This document shows positions 1-10,946 of a stretch of 18,690 nucleotides of DNA, piece by piece. The position numbers were made by a program, and so were the translations under genes. Source of the DNA: Candidatus Eiseniibacteriota bacterium (GTDB lineage Bacteria > Eisenbacteria > RBG-16-71-46 > JABDJR01 > JAWXBZ01); NCBI GenBank assembly GCA_034440375.1, contig JAWXBZ010000042.1:1-18690 (forward strand). Reading direction: 5' to 3'. How positions within the stretch are numbered: the stretch's first letter is position 1; each line of letters begins with the position of its first letter. The notes under the pieces are model-generated. The model made no database searches, was not told where the DNA came from, and worked only from the letters and a program-made list of their open reading frames with translations.

Positions 1-99
1 ACCATGGGGGCTCCGCTTGACGAAACGATCATCATCAACAGATGTCGAAAAGAAGCCTCTTTCGAGTACCTGGCAAAGCACGGCAAATTGCCGGACTAG
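1..99 (+). CDS. 3' end of a hypothetical protein (partial, runs in from left edge)
   Basis: Frame 1 is open from base 1 to TAG at 97-99: TMGAPLDETIIINRCRKEASFEYLAKHGKLPD*. Resembles the '(YW)TMGAP..ETIIINR' C-terminus of a family of uncharacterised small proteins (from recall). Confidence 0.55.
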   Translation, partial: TMGAPLDETIIINRCRKEASFEYLAKHGKLPD

Positions 100-129
100 C
101 ACCTGCTTGCACTGAAAGAGGGCACTGCC

Positions 130-636
130 ATGAGCACCGCGAGATCCCTCGAGGCCGGCGTGCTGGGTGGCATCGGCAACACGCCACTCGTCCAGCTGCG
201 CAACGTCGTCCCGCGTGATTCGGGACGCGTGCTCGTCAAACTGGAATGGGCGAATCCGACGGGCAGCATGAAGGACCGGATGGCTGAAGCCGCCGTCAGG
301 CACGCCGAGGCCGATGGTCGTCTTCCGGCGGGTGGAACAGTCGTCGAGTACAGCTCCGGGACCACCGGCATCTCGCTGGCGCTTGTCTGCGCCGCCAGGA
401 AGTATGTACTGGAGATCGTGTTCTCGGATGCGTTCAGTGACGAAAAGCGCCGTACGATGCTGGCGTTTGGTGCCCGTTTGACCGATGTTCGGAGTGACAA
501 CCAGAAGATCACTGAATCGTTGATCAAGGACATGATCAGCACGGCTGCCGAAATAAGCCATCGCCCCGGGCATTGGTACTGCGATCAACTCAATAACCAC
601 GACGCCATCAAAGGGTATCTCCCTCTCGGTACCTGA
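130..636 (+). pseudogene. Truncated PLP-dependent cysteine synthase family protein (N-terminal half only)
   Basis: Has IGNTPLV, KLEWANPTGSMKDR (PLP lysine), SSGTTG and DQLNN motifs. Stops at 168 aa (YLPLGT*), before the Gly-rich PLP phosphate loop; full-length enzymes are about 300 aa. No continuation seen after the stop. Confidence 0.8.
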
Positions 637-670
637 GTACGGACGTCTTTTGCGAGGGTTAACTGGAGCC

Positions 671-1174
671 GTGAAAGTTCATTTTCAGAAGGGTCCAAGA
701 CTGAGATGGGTGCTGTCTCTCGGCGTGCTCACCACTGCTTGCTGGGCACTTTCTTCCGGTTGTACCGATAATCAGGTTCACCGAGAAGCACAATTGATTG
801 CCCAGATCGACAGCCTGAAGGCCTTGATCAAACCCACGAGTGAGGTGCGAGAAGAGTTCGATCAACGAGCCAGACCGGTGCTCGTCAACAGCTATCAGAT
901 CAAGAAACTGCAGCGGGGGGGAGTTTCCGATCCGCTTGTCGACATCGCCAGGGACCTTCAAGGTCATCCTGAGCTGCTTTCGGTGATTCCGGCGCCGGAG
1001 ATGGGCGGAAAATTCGGCTTCTACAATCCTCTTGGCATACATCTCCTGACGACAAAGTGGGTTCTTGCCGAGTTCGATGATGGACATGGCAGCGGTCACA
1101 TGCTGTTGGAATTTTCCGTCAGGGACTCAGGAAAAATCGCCTGGAAGCCGCTCTTGTGGGCCACCGACGATTGA
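671..1174 (+). CDS. Hypothetical protein, probable lipoprotein
   Basis: GGAG at 666-669 just before GTG 671 (start uncertain). Basic n-region, hydrophobic stretch and lipobox-like LSSG|C, then a coiled-coil-like segment and a C-terminal domain with KWVLAEFDDGH. Visibly less GC-rich than the core. Confidence 0.7.
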   Translation: MKVHFQKGPRLRWVLSLGVLTTACWALSSGCTDNQVHREAQLIAQIDSLKALIKPTSEVREEFDQRARPVLVNSYQIKKLQRGGVSDPLVDIARDLQGHPELLSVIPAPEMGGKFGFYNPLGIHLLTTKWVLAEFDDGHGSGHMLLEFSVRDSGKIAWKPLLWATDD

Positions 1175-1210
1175 GAAATGCCTGACATCCGGCGGCAGGA
1201 CGGAGATCCA

Positions 1211-1585
1211 ATGGCAGTAAACGAAGTGCGCACCGAGTTTCTCTTCTCCTACGGCACGCTCCAACTCGAGTCGGTACAAATGGCGACGTTTGGTCGGCAC
1301 TTGACTGGCACGAGTGATGCTCTCCTGGGGTTCGAACTGGCCGTGTTGAAGATTGAAGACCAGGCGGTGATTGCGATCAGCGGAAAGACCTGCCACACCA
1401 TGGCCCGGTTCACCGGACGCGAATCCGACGTTGTACCCGGAATGGTGTTTGCCGTTACGGCGGATGACATTCAAAGTGGCGACAAGTACGAAGTGGCGGC
1501 GGTCAGACGGGTGGCCGTAATCCTTCAATCGGGAGTACGGGCGTGGGCATACGTCGATGCTCGATACGCGCCTTCGGATTCATGA
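1211..1585 (+). CDS. Gamma-glutamylcyclotransferase (GGCT/AIG2-like) family protein
   Basis: N-terminal LFSYGTLQ motif, DKYE and AWAYV C-terminal strand. GGAG RBS before ATG 1211; the ORF track starts at 1178. Confidence 0.85.
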   Translation: MAVNEVRTEFLFSYGTLQLESVQMATFGRHLTGTSDALLGFELAVLKIEDQAVIAISGKTCHTMARFTGRESDVVPGMVFAVTADDIQSGDKYEVAAVRRVAVILQSGVRAWAYVDARYAPSDS

Positions 1586-1658
1586 TTTTCCGCCCGCACG
1601 GGTGCACATGAAAACTGGAGGCGGAGCCGGTGGTCAACTGCTAGACTCTTTCGCTCCA

Positions 1659-3185
1659 ATGAGCATCCCGATCCCTGCCATGGCACCCATGACTCCGGCT
1701 CTCCTGCGACAGTTTCGCCGTTCCCTCGAGGGGGGACTCGCCGCGGCAGCGGCTTGGCCCGGGCAGGGTCTCCTGCTGGCACTCTCGGGTGGATCGGATT
1801 CCGTGGCACTCCTCCACCTGACGATGTCCGTGGCCGACGACCTCGGAGTTCCCGTTGCGGCAGCCCACCTCGATCACGGCCTGCGCGGTGCCGAATCAAG
1901 GCAGGACGTTGAATTTTGCCGCTGCCTGGCCGATCGTTATCGAATTCCGCTCGTCACGGACACGGTCGATACGCGTGCCTACGCCGGCGCTGGCAAGCTG
2001 TCACTTGAGGATGCGGGCCGGCGACTTCGCCGGTCGTTCCTGAAGCGGGTGGCTGCGACGCAGGGTTCCCGGGTGGTCCTTCTGGGGCATACGATCGACG
2101 ACCAGGCCGAAACGCTCCTGCTGAACCTGTTGCGGGGGGCTGGCCCGCGTGGCCTCGGGGCCATGCAGGCCGCCGGGCCGCGCCCTTTCCTGCGGCCGGT
2201 TCTTGGTTTCGAGCGCGAGGCCCTGCGGCAATGGCTGAGCAGCGGAGGGTTCGAGTGGCGTGACGATGCCTCAAACGCCGACACGACATTCACCCGCAAT
2301 CGAATTCGGCATGAGTTGATGCCCCTGCTGAAGGCAAAATTCAATCCGCAGGCCACGAAGGCGCTGGTCCGTACCGCCACCCTGCAGTATGAAATCGATC
2401 ATCTGCTGCGGCGACTGGCAGCGGCGCACCTTGGCCGACATGCTCGAATTGACGTGGAGGGGGGACGTGTCGTGCTTGATCGGGCCGCCCTCCTGGCCGA
2501 ACCGGTGGCCCTCCAGCGGATGATCCTCCGCGCCGCCGGCGAGACCATCGCGCCGGAGCGGCTCACCTGGGGGCAGGTCCACCTCGAGGGCGTCCTGGGC
2601 GGTTTGATTCAGCGTGGTGAGGCCCGGTGGGTCTTTCCCTCGGGCATGGTGATGGTGCGGAGCGGGGATGAGCTGATCATCGAACGACCGCGGACAAAGG
2701 ACCAGGTCGATTCGCCCGTCCCTGAACCGATTGAGGTACCGATCGAGCCGGGCACCGAGGTGACATGGGGCGGGGGGCATCTTCGCGTGACACGGTTGGA
2801 AGCCGGCGCCGTCCCCTGGGGCGCACTGCAGCATGATTCCGGGCGTCGGGCCGCGCTGTTCAACGCGGACGGCCTCGGATCCCGTCTACTTCTGCGGGCG
2901 GCGCGTGTGGGCGAACGAATGACCCTGTTCGGCGGGGGGCACCACCGAAAGATCAGTGACATCCTGATCGATGCCCGCGTGCCCCTCGGAGCCAGGCGGA
3001 TCGTGCCGGTTCTGGCCGAACCCATTCCGGGGGAAGCCGGAGCCTCGTCCGACGAAGCGGTATGGCTGATCGGCGTGGCGCGATCGGCGGTGTCCCCGGT
3101 GACGGAGGTCACGCGACGAGTCATTCACCTCGAGTGGTTCGGGGAGTTGCCGGGAGTCGCCCGCAAGACATTGAACGGTAAGTGA
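1659..3185 (+). CDS. tilS: tRNA(Ile)-lysidine synthetase
   Basis: PP-loop SGGSDS, HLDHGLR, GHTIDDQAET, DDASN..FTRNRIRH and C-terminal RKISDILID domain; lies upstream of ftsH. Start uncertain (ATG 1659, 1680 or 1689). Confidence 0.95.
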   Translation: MSIPIPAMAPMTPALLRQFRRSLEGGLAAAAAWPGQGLLLALSGGSDSVALLHLTMSVADDLGVPVAAAHLDHGLRGAESRQDVEFCRCLADRYRIPLVTDTVDTRAYAGAGKLSLEDAGRRLRRSFLKRVAATQGSRVVLLGHTIDDQAETLLLNLLRGAGPRGLGAMQAAGPRPFLRPVLGFEREALRQWLSSGGFEWRDDASNADTTFTRNRIRHELMPLLKAKFNPQATKALVRTATLQYEIDHLLRRLAAAHLGRHARIDVEGGRVVLDRAALLAEPVALQRMILRAAGETIAPERLTWGQVHLEGVLGGLIQRGEARWVFPSGMVMVRSGDELIIERPRTKDQVDSPVPEPIEVPIEPGTEVTWGGGHLRVTRLEAGAVPWGALQHDSGRRAALFNADGLGSRLLLRAARVGERMTLFGGGHHRKISDILIDARVPLGARRIVPVLAEPIPGEAGASSDEAVWLIGVARSAVSPVTEVTRRVIHLEWFGELPGVARKTLNGK

Positions 3186-3207
3186 TTGTGTGTCATTCCG
3201 CGCTTCA

Positions 3208-3237
3208 TTGGCAAGGTGGTGTCGTGGCGGCTACAAT
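3208..3237 (+). promoter_or_regulatory. Putative sigma70-type promoter for ftsH-folP-cdaA
   Basis: TTGGCA (3208-3213), 18-nt spacer, TACAAT (3232-3237) in the tilS-ftsH gap. Confidence 0.55.
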
Positions 3238-3410
3238 GAGGTGTCTGGCCACGTGAACGCAACTTTCGCGTCCCAGAGCGGTAATGGGGTCGTCCCGGCC
3301 GAAAGGTTCGCGCCGCCGGCTCTGCCTGTACTGAATCCTCGCCACTCACCTGCCGATCTAACCCGTTGTCTCTTGGCGGGTAGTGGCTTCATCGGAAAGA
3401 AGGACCAACG

Positions 3411-5495
<2,085 letters not shown>

Positions 5496-5593
5496 TCCGG
5501 CTGGCCAGGGCCTGATGTTCCGGGCGTCGGCGTGATGCGTTTTCGCATGATGCCGGCGCCCTTCTATTTTCCCTCTGCACGGCGGCCCGGCCG

Positions 5594-6496
5594 ATGGCCT
5601 GCGGCTCTGTTCCCCTCGGTGGGACTCCCCTGATCGCCCCCCGACCCGCCTACGATTGGCACCTGGGCGGCGGCCAGGTCATGACCCTCGGAGCAGCCAC
5701 CCGTGTCATGGGCATCCTGAATGTCACCCCCGACTCGTTCTCCGACGGGGGGCGCCACCTCGATCCGGAGAAGGCTCTGGAGGCTGCGCGGGCCATGGTT
5801 GCCGCCGGAGCCGACATTCTGGACATCGGCGGCGAGAGTACGCGGCCGGGTTCCGAGTCGGTCCCGCCCGCGGAACAGATCCGACGGATCCTGCCCGTCA
5901 TCCGGGGGGCGGCCGGGCTCGGCACCCCGATTTCGGTCGATACCACCAGCGCCCTGGTGGCACGGGCCGCGATCGACGCCGGGGCGTGCGTTGTCAATGA
6001 CATTTCAGGACTCCGATTCGAGCCGGCACTGGCGGATATCGTCCGCGAGGCCGGGGCGGGACTGATTTTGATGCACAGTCGCGGAACTCCACGGGACATG
6101 CAGCACGATCCGAGTTACCATGATGTGATGATGGAAGTCGTGGCCGGGCTGGGTGAAGCCTGCCGGCGCGCCGAAGAACGGGGCGTCGGCCGAAACCGGA
6201 CCGTGGTCGATCCGGGAATTGGTTTCGGCAAGACCATCGGCCACAACCTTGAGTTGCTCCGACACCTGGATCGCCTGGTGGCCGCCGGGCGTCCGGTCCT
6301 GATCGGAGTCTCACGTAAATCGTTCATCAGCCGGATTCTCGATGTGGGGATCGAGGATCGGCTCGAGGGTAGTCTGGCGGCGGCCGTGTCCGCCGTCCTG
6401 TCGGGCGTTCATCTCGTGCGCGTGCACGATGTGGTCGCCACGGTGCGCGCGGTGCGCGTGGCCGACGCTATTCGAAACGGATCCCCAACGACATGA
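5594..6496 (+). CDS. folP: Dihydropteroate synthase
   Basis: MGILNVTPDSFSDGG, IGGESTRPG, DPGIGFGK, SRKSF and RVHDV motifs; ftsH-folP synteny. Start may lie further downstream. Confidence 0.97.
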   Translation: MACGSVPLGGTPLIAPRPAYDWHLGGGQVMTLGAATRVMGILNVTPDSFSDGGRHLDPEKALEAARAMVAAGADILDIGGESTRPGSESVPPAEQIRRILPVIRGAAGLGTPISVDTTSALVARAAIDAGACVVNDISGLRFEPALADIVREAGAGLILMHSRGTPRDMQHDPSYHDVMMEVVAGLGEACRRAEERGVGRNRTVVDPGIGFGKTIGHNLELLRHLDRLVAAGRPVLIGVSRKSFISRILDVGIEDRLEGSLAAAVSAVLSGVHLVRVHDVVATVRAVRVADAIRNGSPTT

Positions 6497-7368
6497 ACGG
6501 CATCACCGACATTCCGGGTTTCGCCATCGGTTGGCTCCGTGCCCACTGGCGCGGGGCGCTCGACCTGGCGCTCGTCGCGGGAATCTTCTATTACCTCTTC
6601 CGCCTGATGCGCGGCACCCGCGCCGCCCAGATGTTCGTCGGCCTCGTCCTCGTCGTGGCGGCCAGCATCGTGGCCTCATGGTTGCAGCTGGCCGCGCTGA
6701 ATTACATCGCCGATTCACTCCGGGCCGTCTGGATTGTCGTCTTCGTCATTCTTTTCCAGCCGGAACTCCGCGGGGCGCTCATGTCGCTGGGCAAGGGGCG
6801 ACTTTTCATCGCATTTACGCGCGGTGAGGAGTACACGATCCTGGGCGAAATCGTCCGCGCCGCCGAGAGCCTGTCGGCCCGGCATGTCGGTGCGCTCATC
6901 GTGGTCGAGCGGGAAGTCGGCCTCAAGAATTACGTGGAAACCGGCACGCCGGTCGACGCCCGCATCAGCCACGAGCTCCTGACCACCATTTTCACGCCCC
7001 CGTCACCCCTGCACGACGGCGCGGCGATCCTGTCCGGAAATCGACTGCTGGCGGCCGGCTGCATTCTGCCCCTCAGCCAGAATCCGCGGCTGATCTATGC
7101 GCTTGGCACCCGCCATCGGGCCGCGCTCGGTGTCAGCGAGGAGACGGACGCCGTCGTGGTCGTTGTCTCCGAGGAAAATGGCGCCATCTCCATCGCCGAG
7201 CGAGGCCGGCTCCTGCGAAACCTCGATCCGGGCGCCCTGCGCAGCACGCTCAGCACTTTTTTCCGACTGCGCGGCGGGGCCGAGGAAGCGGCTGTCACGG
7301 CAGCATCCACGCCCGAGACCGGTGGCGTCGGAACGGAGCCGGAACCGAAAGAACAGATCCAAGCCTAG
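6493..7368 (+). CDS. cdaA: Membrane diadenylate cyclase CdaA (c-di-AMP synthase)
   Basis: Three N-terminal hydrophobic helices, FQPELR, catalytic LHDGA and GTRHRAA motifs, VSEE. ATGA overlap with the folP stop. Confidence 0.95.
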   Translation: MNGITDIPGFAIGWLRAHWRGALDLALVAGIFYYLFRLMRGTRAAQMFVGLVLVVAASIVASWLQLAALNYIADSLRAVWIVVFVILFQPELRGALMSLGKGRLFIAFTRGEEYTILGEIVRAAESLSARHVGALIVVEREVGLKNYVETGTPVDARISHELLTTIFTPPSPLHDGAAILSGNRLLAAGCILPLSQNPRLIYALGTRHRAALGVSEETDAVVVVVSEENGAISIAERGRLLRNLDPGALRSTLSTFFRLRGGAEEAAVTAASTPETGGVGTEPEPKEQIQA

Positions 7369-7372
7369 CTTT

Positions 7373-7399
7373 TGACCCCCGTCCGTGAGGACGGTGTCA
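7373..7399. terminator. Hairpin between convergent cdaA and ppk2
   Basis: CCGTCC-GTGA-GGACGG stem-loop (7379-7394) extended by TGAC/GTCA. No clear U-tail on either strand. Confidence 0.35.
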
Positions 7400-8305
7400 T
7401 CGGGCCTTTCCGCGACTCTCACCCACCATCCGCCGCCGAATCACTTCCAGCTTCTTCTTTTCGGACGCATCGACCCGTGGGTATTGAAGGTCCAGCCGCT
7501 CCAACGCGTCGATCAGCAAATCAGCCACGGCCAGCCGGCTGAACCACTTGTGATCGGCGGGCACGACATGCCACGGGGCCCAATCGGTGGAAGTGGCGGC
7601 GATCATCTCCTGGTAGGCCTTCATGTAGTCCTTCCAGTAGTCGCGCTCTTTCAGGTCGGCCGCCCGAAATTTCCAGTTCTTGTCCTTGTCCTCCAGGCGA
7701 TCGAGGAACCGCCGCCGCTGCTCCTCCTTCGAGACATTCAGAAACACTTTGACAATCTTCGTGCCGTTCCGGGTCAGGTATCGCTCCGCCGCGTTGATAT
7801 CCTCGTAGCGTTCCTTCCAGATGTTTTTCGTCACCAGACTCGGCGGCAGCATCTGCCCCGCCAGGATCGGCGGATGCACACGAACGATCAGCACCTCCTC
7901 GTAATAGCTCCGGTTGAACACACCAATGCGCCCGCGCTCGGGTAGATTGATGTTGCTGCGCCAGAGGAAGTCATGATCCAGCTCCGTCTCGCTCGGCGTC
8001 TTGAATGCCACGACATGGCACCCCTGGGGATTCAGGCCGGACATGACGTGCTTGATCGTGCCGTCCTTGCCGGCGGCATCCATGGCCTGGACGATGAGCA
8101 GCACCGACCATCGATCCTGCGCGTACAAAGTGTCCTGAAGAGCCGCGAGCCGGGCAACGCCCTCCTGCAGATAACCCTCGGCGGCGTCCTTGTCCTTGAA
8201 TGGATGGGTATCGGCAGTGTCACGATCGGCCAGGCGGAAGCGCTTGCCGCGGGGGGCACGAAGCCGGGAGCAGTCGAAAAGGCCGTGATTCTCCGCCGCG
8301 CTCAT
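7397..8305 (-). CDS. ppk2: Polyphosphate kinase 2 family protein (probably class III)
   Basis: [11 protein letters not shown]alker [21 protein letters not shown] and [12 protein letters not shown] motifs. The start overlaps the OTCase stop (ATGA). Confidence 0.93.
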   Translation of the reverse strand: MSAAENHGLFDCSRLRAPRGKRFRLADRDTADTHPFKDKDAAEGYLQEGVARLAALQDTLYAQDRWSVLLIVQAMDAAGKDGTIKHVMSGLNPQGCHVVAFKTPSETELDHDFLWRSNINLPERGRIGVFNRSYYEEVLIVRVHPPILAGQMLPPSLVTKNIWKERYEDINAAERYLTRNGTKIVKVFLNVSKEEQRRRFLDRLEDKDKNWKFRAADLKERDYWKDYMKAYQEMIAATSTDWAPWHVVPADHKWFSRLAVADLLIDALERLDLQYPRVDASEKKKLEVIRRRMVGESRGKAR

Positions 8306-9297
8306 CCCAGCACCGACAGCAGTAACGCCTTGATCGTGTGCAGCCGGTTTTCCGCCTGGCTGAATACGACGGACGACGACGATTCAAAGACATCGTCGGT
8401 TACCTCGAGACCGTCCATGCCGTGGGCGTGGAACAGTTCCTCGCCTTTGGTCGTGTCGCGGTTGTGAAACGCCGGCAGGCAGTGAAGAAATTTTGCGTTC
8501 GGATTTCCGGTGGCCGCCATCAACGCGGCATTCACCTGGTACGGCTTCAGCAATTGAATTCGCTCCCCCCATTTCGCCGGTGGCTCGCCAAGGCTGACCC
8601 ACACGTCGGTGTAGACATAGTCAACGCCGGCCACGGCCGTCTTCGGATCGTCGGTCAATGTAATCCGCGCGCCGGAGTCTCTGGCCAGCACTTTCGCGCG
8701 TTGCTGCACGGCGTCCCGCGGCCAGAGGTCCTTTGGCCCGCAGATACGAACGTCCATTCCCATCAAGGCACCGGCCAACAGGAGCGAATTGCCCATGTTG
8801 TTGCGTGAGTCGCCCAGGTAGGCAAATTTCAGCGATTCGAGCGGCCGGCCCGGCGCCTCCTCTTCCATCGTCATCAGGTCGGCCAGCATCTGAGTCGGGT
8901 GCGAGTCGTCGGTCAGACCGTTGAAGACCGGCACCCCGGCCCAGGCCGCCAATTCATCGACCACCCGCTGTTCGTATCCGCGATACTCGATGGCCTGGTA
9001 CATCCGCCCGAGCACCCGCGCCGTATCGCGAATCGATTCCTTGTGCCCGATCTGTGAGCCCGAAGGATCGAGATAGGTGACTCCCATCCCCAGTTCATGG
9101 GCTGCCACTTCAAAGGCGCAGCGGGTGCGTGTCGATGTTTTTTCGAATATCAGGACGATGCTGTTGCCCGAGAGCGCCCCGCGCCGGCTCGACCGATTCC
9201 TCTTGAGCTCGTGCGACAGGTCGAGCAGCTCGCGCGCCTCGGCCCGCGTCAGGTCGGCAAATTCAAGGAAGTGGCGATTCTTGAGATTGACGGACAT
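8302..9297 (-). CDS. argF: Ornithine carbamoyltransferase (ArgF/ArcB family, catabolic-like)
   Basis: STRTRCAFE carbamoyl-phosphate motif, HPTQ, DVWVSLG, HCLPAFH and [20 protein letters not shown] before ATG 9297. Confidence 0.95.
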   Translation of the reverse strand: MSVNLKNRHFLEFADLTRAEARELLDLSHELKRNRSSRRGALSGNSIVLIFEKTSTRTRCAFEVAAHELGMGVTYLDPSGSQIGHKESIRDTARVLGRMYQAIEYRGYEQRVVDELAAWAGVPVFNGLTDDSHPTQMLADLMTMEEEAPGRPLESLKFAYLGDSRNNMGNSLLLAGALMGMDVRICGPKDLWPRDAVQQRAKVLARDSGARITLTDDPKTAVAGVDYVYTDVWVSLGEPPAKWGERIQLLKPYQVNAALMAATGNPNAKFLHCLPAFHNRDTTKGEELFHAHGMDGLEVTDDVFESSSSVVFSQAENRLHTIKALLLSVLG

Positions 9298-9363
9298 TCG
9301 ATGCTCCCCGGGTAGATTGGCGGCCGGCGCCGGTTGAACCACGGCCCCGCCCGACGCATGATC

Positions 9364-9432
9364 CTACGACACTTGAACCCCCGCGTGGAGACGCCCCGAC
9401 ATGCAGAATTTGGAAATCAAATGCCCGGACAT
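9364..9432 (-). CDS. Candidate 22-aa small ORF upstream of the OTCase gene
   Basis: Minus strand reads GGGAGGAGTCC-ATG, then MSGHLISKFCMSGRLHAGVQVS*. The strong RBS is the only support. Confidence 0.3.
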   Translation of the reverse strand: MSGHLISKFCMSGRLHAGVQVS

Positions 9433-9510
9433 GGACTCCTCCCGAGCGGACGGACAAAGGTGAACGGTGGCGGGTGACAGTACGCCACGCCACCCGGATG
9501 GTTGCACCGA

Positions 9511-10638
9511 TCAGTGGCCGAAGTGTCGCCAGCCGCCGGTGGGAAGCGGTCGGGATCGCTGGCCGCTGACCAGGATTCGGCCGGAGCGGGCCGTCCCGAT
9601 CGTGCCGATGATCGTCAGCGGGACCGGCTCGATGGTGCGGCCGGCATGGCGGCGAGTTCGCGCGGAAAGGCCCTTCCACCGTGCGGGCGGCAGGGTGAAC
9701 AGGAGTTCGTAGTCATCTCCGCCAGCCAGGATCAGCTCCTCCGGGCGCCAACCGCGAACCTCACACATTTCATCGAAGCCGGGACGCCGCGGCAGGAGCG
9801 CCTCCTTCACGACGGCACCGCGGCCGGACGCCTCGCAGAGGTGGTGCAGGTCGGCGGCCAATCCATCGGAAATGTCGATCATGGACGTTGCCCCGCCGCG
9901 GGCGGCCGCGAGGCCCGCCGCCAACCGCGCCTCCGGAGTGAGGTACCGAGCGAGCGCGGCTTTCGCCACGGGGTCGGCCAGGCCGAGTACGGCTGAACTC
10001 GTTCCGGAACGAGTTGTGCTCCATTGATCCACACCGGTGCCCGACTCCTCGAGCAGCCTCCGGCCGGCCGCTGCCAGCCCGGGGTAGCCGGTCACGACCA
10101 GCAGGTCACCTGGTTTCGCGCCGGCGCGTGTGACGAAACGGCCGGCCCATGCATCCCGCCGACCCAGCATCGTCACCCCGATCGACAATTGTGCCCCGCG
10201 GGTCACGTTGCCACCGACAACACCCACCTTTGCGACGCGCGCCGAGTGGGCGATCCCGTCGTACAACGCGTCCAGTGCCGTGATCTCCAGATCCTCAGGG
10301 ATCACGAGGCTGACCAGCGCCCAGGTCGGCACGCCACCCATCGCCGCGATATCACTCAGGTTCACTTCAAGGGCGCGGAAACCGACTTCAGCCGGCGTGG
10401 ACCACCCGCGGCGGAAGTGAACATCCTCGACGAGTGTGTCGGTCGTGAGGAGCGTCCTGGAAACGGTGGGGACGACCGCGGCATCATCGCCGGGGCCAAA
10501 GGGGGGTTTCTTCCGGGGGGGAGGCAGGCGACGCGTCAGCCGATCAATGAGATCGAATTCACTCAGATCGCCAATCCACCGGGGACGGCGCGGCCGTGAA
10601 GCCAGCGCCGCCCGGCGGTTTCCGACTCGAGCCGTCAT
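9511..10638 (-). CDS. thiL: Thiamine-monophosphate kinase
   Basis: EFDLI, GPGDDAA, TTDTLVEDVHF, VNLSDIAAMGG, MIDISDGL, GGDDYELLFT and terminal GWRHF motifs. Confidence 0.96.
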   Translation of the reverse strand: MTARVGNRRAALASRPRRPRWIGDLSEFDLIDRLTRRLPPPRKKPPFGPGDDAAVVPTVSRTLLTTDTLVEDVHFRRGWSTPAEVGFRALEVNLSDIAAMGGVPTWALVSLVIPEDLEITALDALYDGIAHSARVAKVGVVGGNVTRGAQLSIGVTMLGRRDAWAGRFVTRAGAKPGDLLVVTGYPGLAAAGRRLLEESGTGVDQWSTTRSGTSSAVLGLADPVAKAALARYLTPEARLAAGLAAARGGATSMIDISDGLAADLHHLCEASGRGAVVKEALLPRRPGFDEMCEVRGWRPEELILAGGDDYELLFTLPPARWKGLSARTRRHAGRTIEPVPLTIIGTIGTARSGRILVSGQRSRPLPTGGWRHFGH

Positions 10639-10659
10639 GGCTCGTGTCCGGCCCGGAGC

Positions 10660-10869
10660 CTAGTGACCCTGGACCAGCGAAACGTAGGTCGTCTTCCCCT
10701 TGGTACGGATCTGGACTTTCCCTTCGCGGGCCAGCCAGCCGATACTGAGGGAAACGAGGCCCGGATCGTCGAGCTCCAGGTCCTTCCGCAGGGTCGTCGT
10801 GGTATTCTCGCCCTTGGCGGAAAGGTAGTTGTAGATGCTGCCAGCCGTCAGACCAATCTTCTCTTGCAC
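10660..10869 (-). CDS. Small winged helix-turn-helix protein (DUF2582-like)
   Basis: IGLTAGSIYNYL...LSIGWLAREGKV signature; AGGAGG RBS upstream of GTG 10869; 69 aa. Confidence 0.85.
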   Translation of the reverse strand: MQEKIGLTAGSIYNYLSAKGENTTTTLRKDLELDDPGLVSLSIGWLAREGKVQIRTKGKTTYVSLVQGH

Positions 10870-10917
10870 GAAATAACCTCCTGTCAAGACAACTTCCAAC
10901 TTGATTGTGGGCCGAGG

Positions 10918-10946
10918 ATGCTAGCAGCCCCCGCGGGGCCGGTCAA
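10918..10946 (-). promoter_or_regulatory. Putative sigma70-type promoter for the wHTH-thiL unit
   Basis: Minus strand: TTGACC, 17 nt, TAGCAT, with an extended -10 TG. Confidence 0.6.

Noticed and set aside
1..1600. Integron cassette array of short co-oriented genes
   Set aside because: No attC-like inverted repeats or integrase seen; gaps are short and dissimilar.
3270..3390. c-di-AMP (ydaO) or cobalamin riboswitch upstream of ftsH-folP-cdaA
   Set aside because: Only short fragments match (CTGAATCC, CTAACCCG, GCCACT, ACCTGCC); order, spacing and core elements do not fit.
9407..9420. FNR/ANR box upstream of the OTCase gene
   Set aside because: Only one half-site (ATCAA) is present.
10663..10917. 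N-terminal extension of the 5'-nucleotidase ORF
   Set aside because: Overlaps the well-supported minus-strand wHTH gene; the signal peptide lies further downstream.
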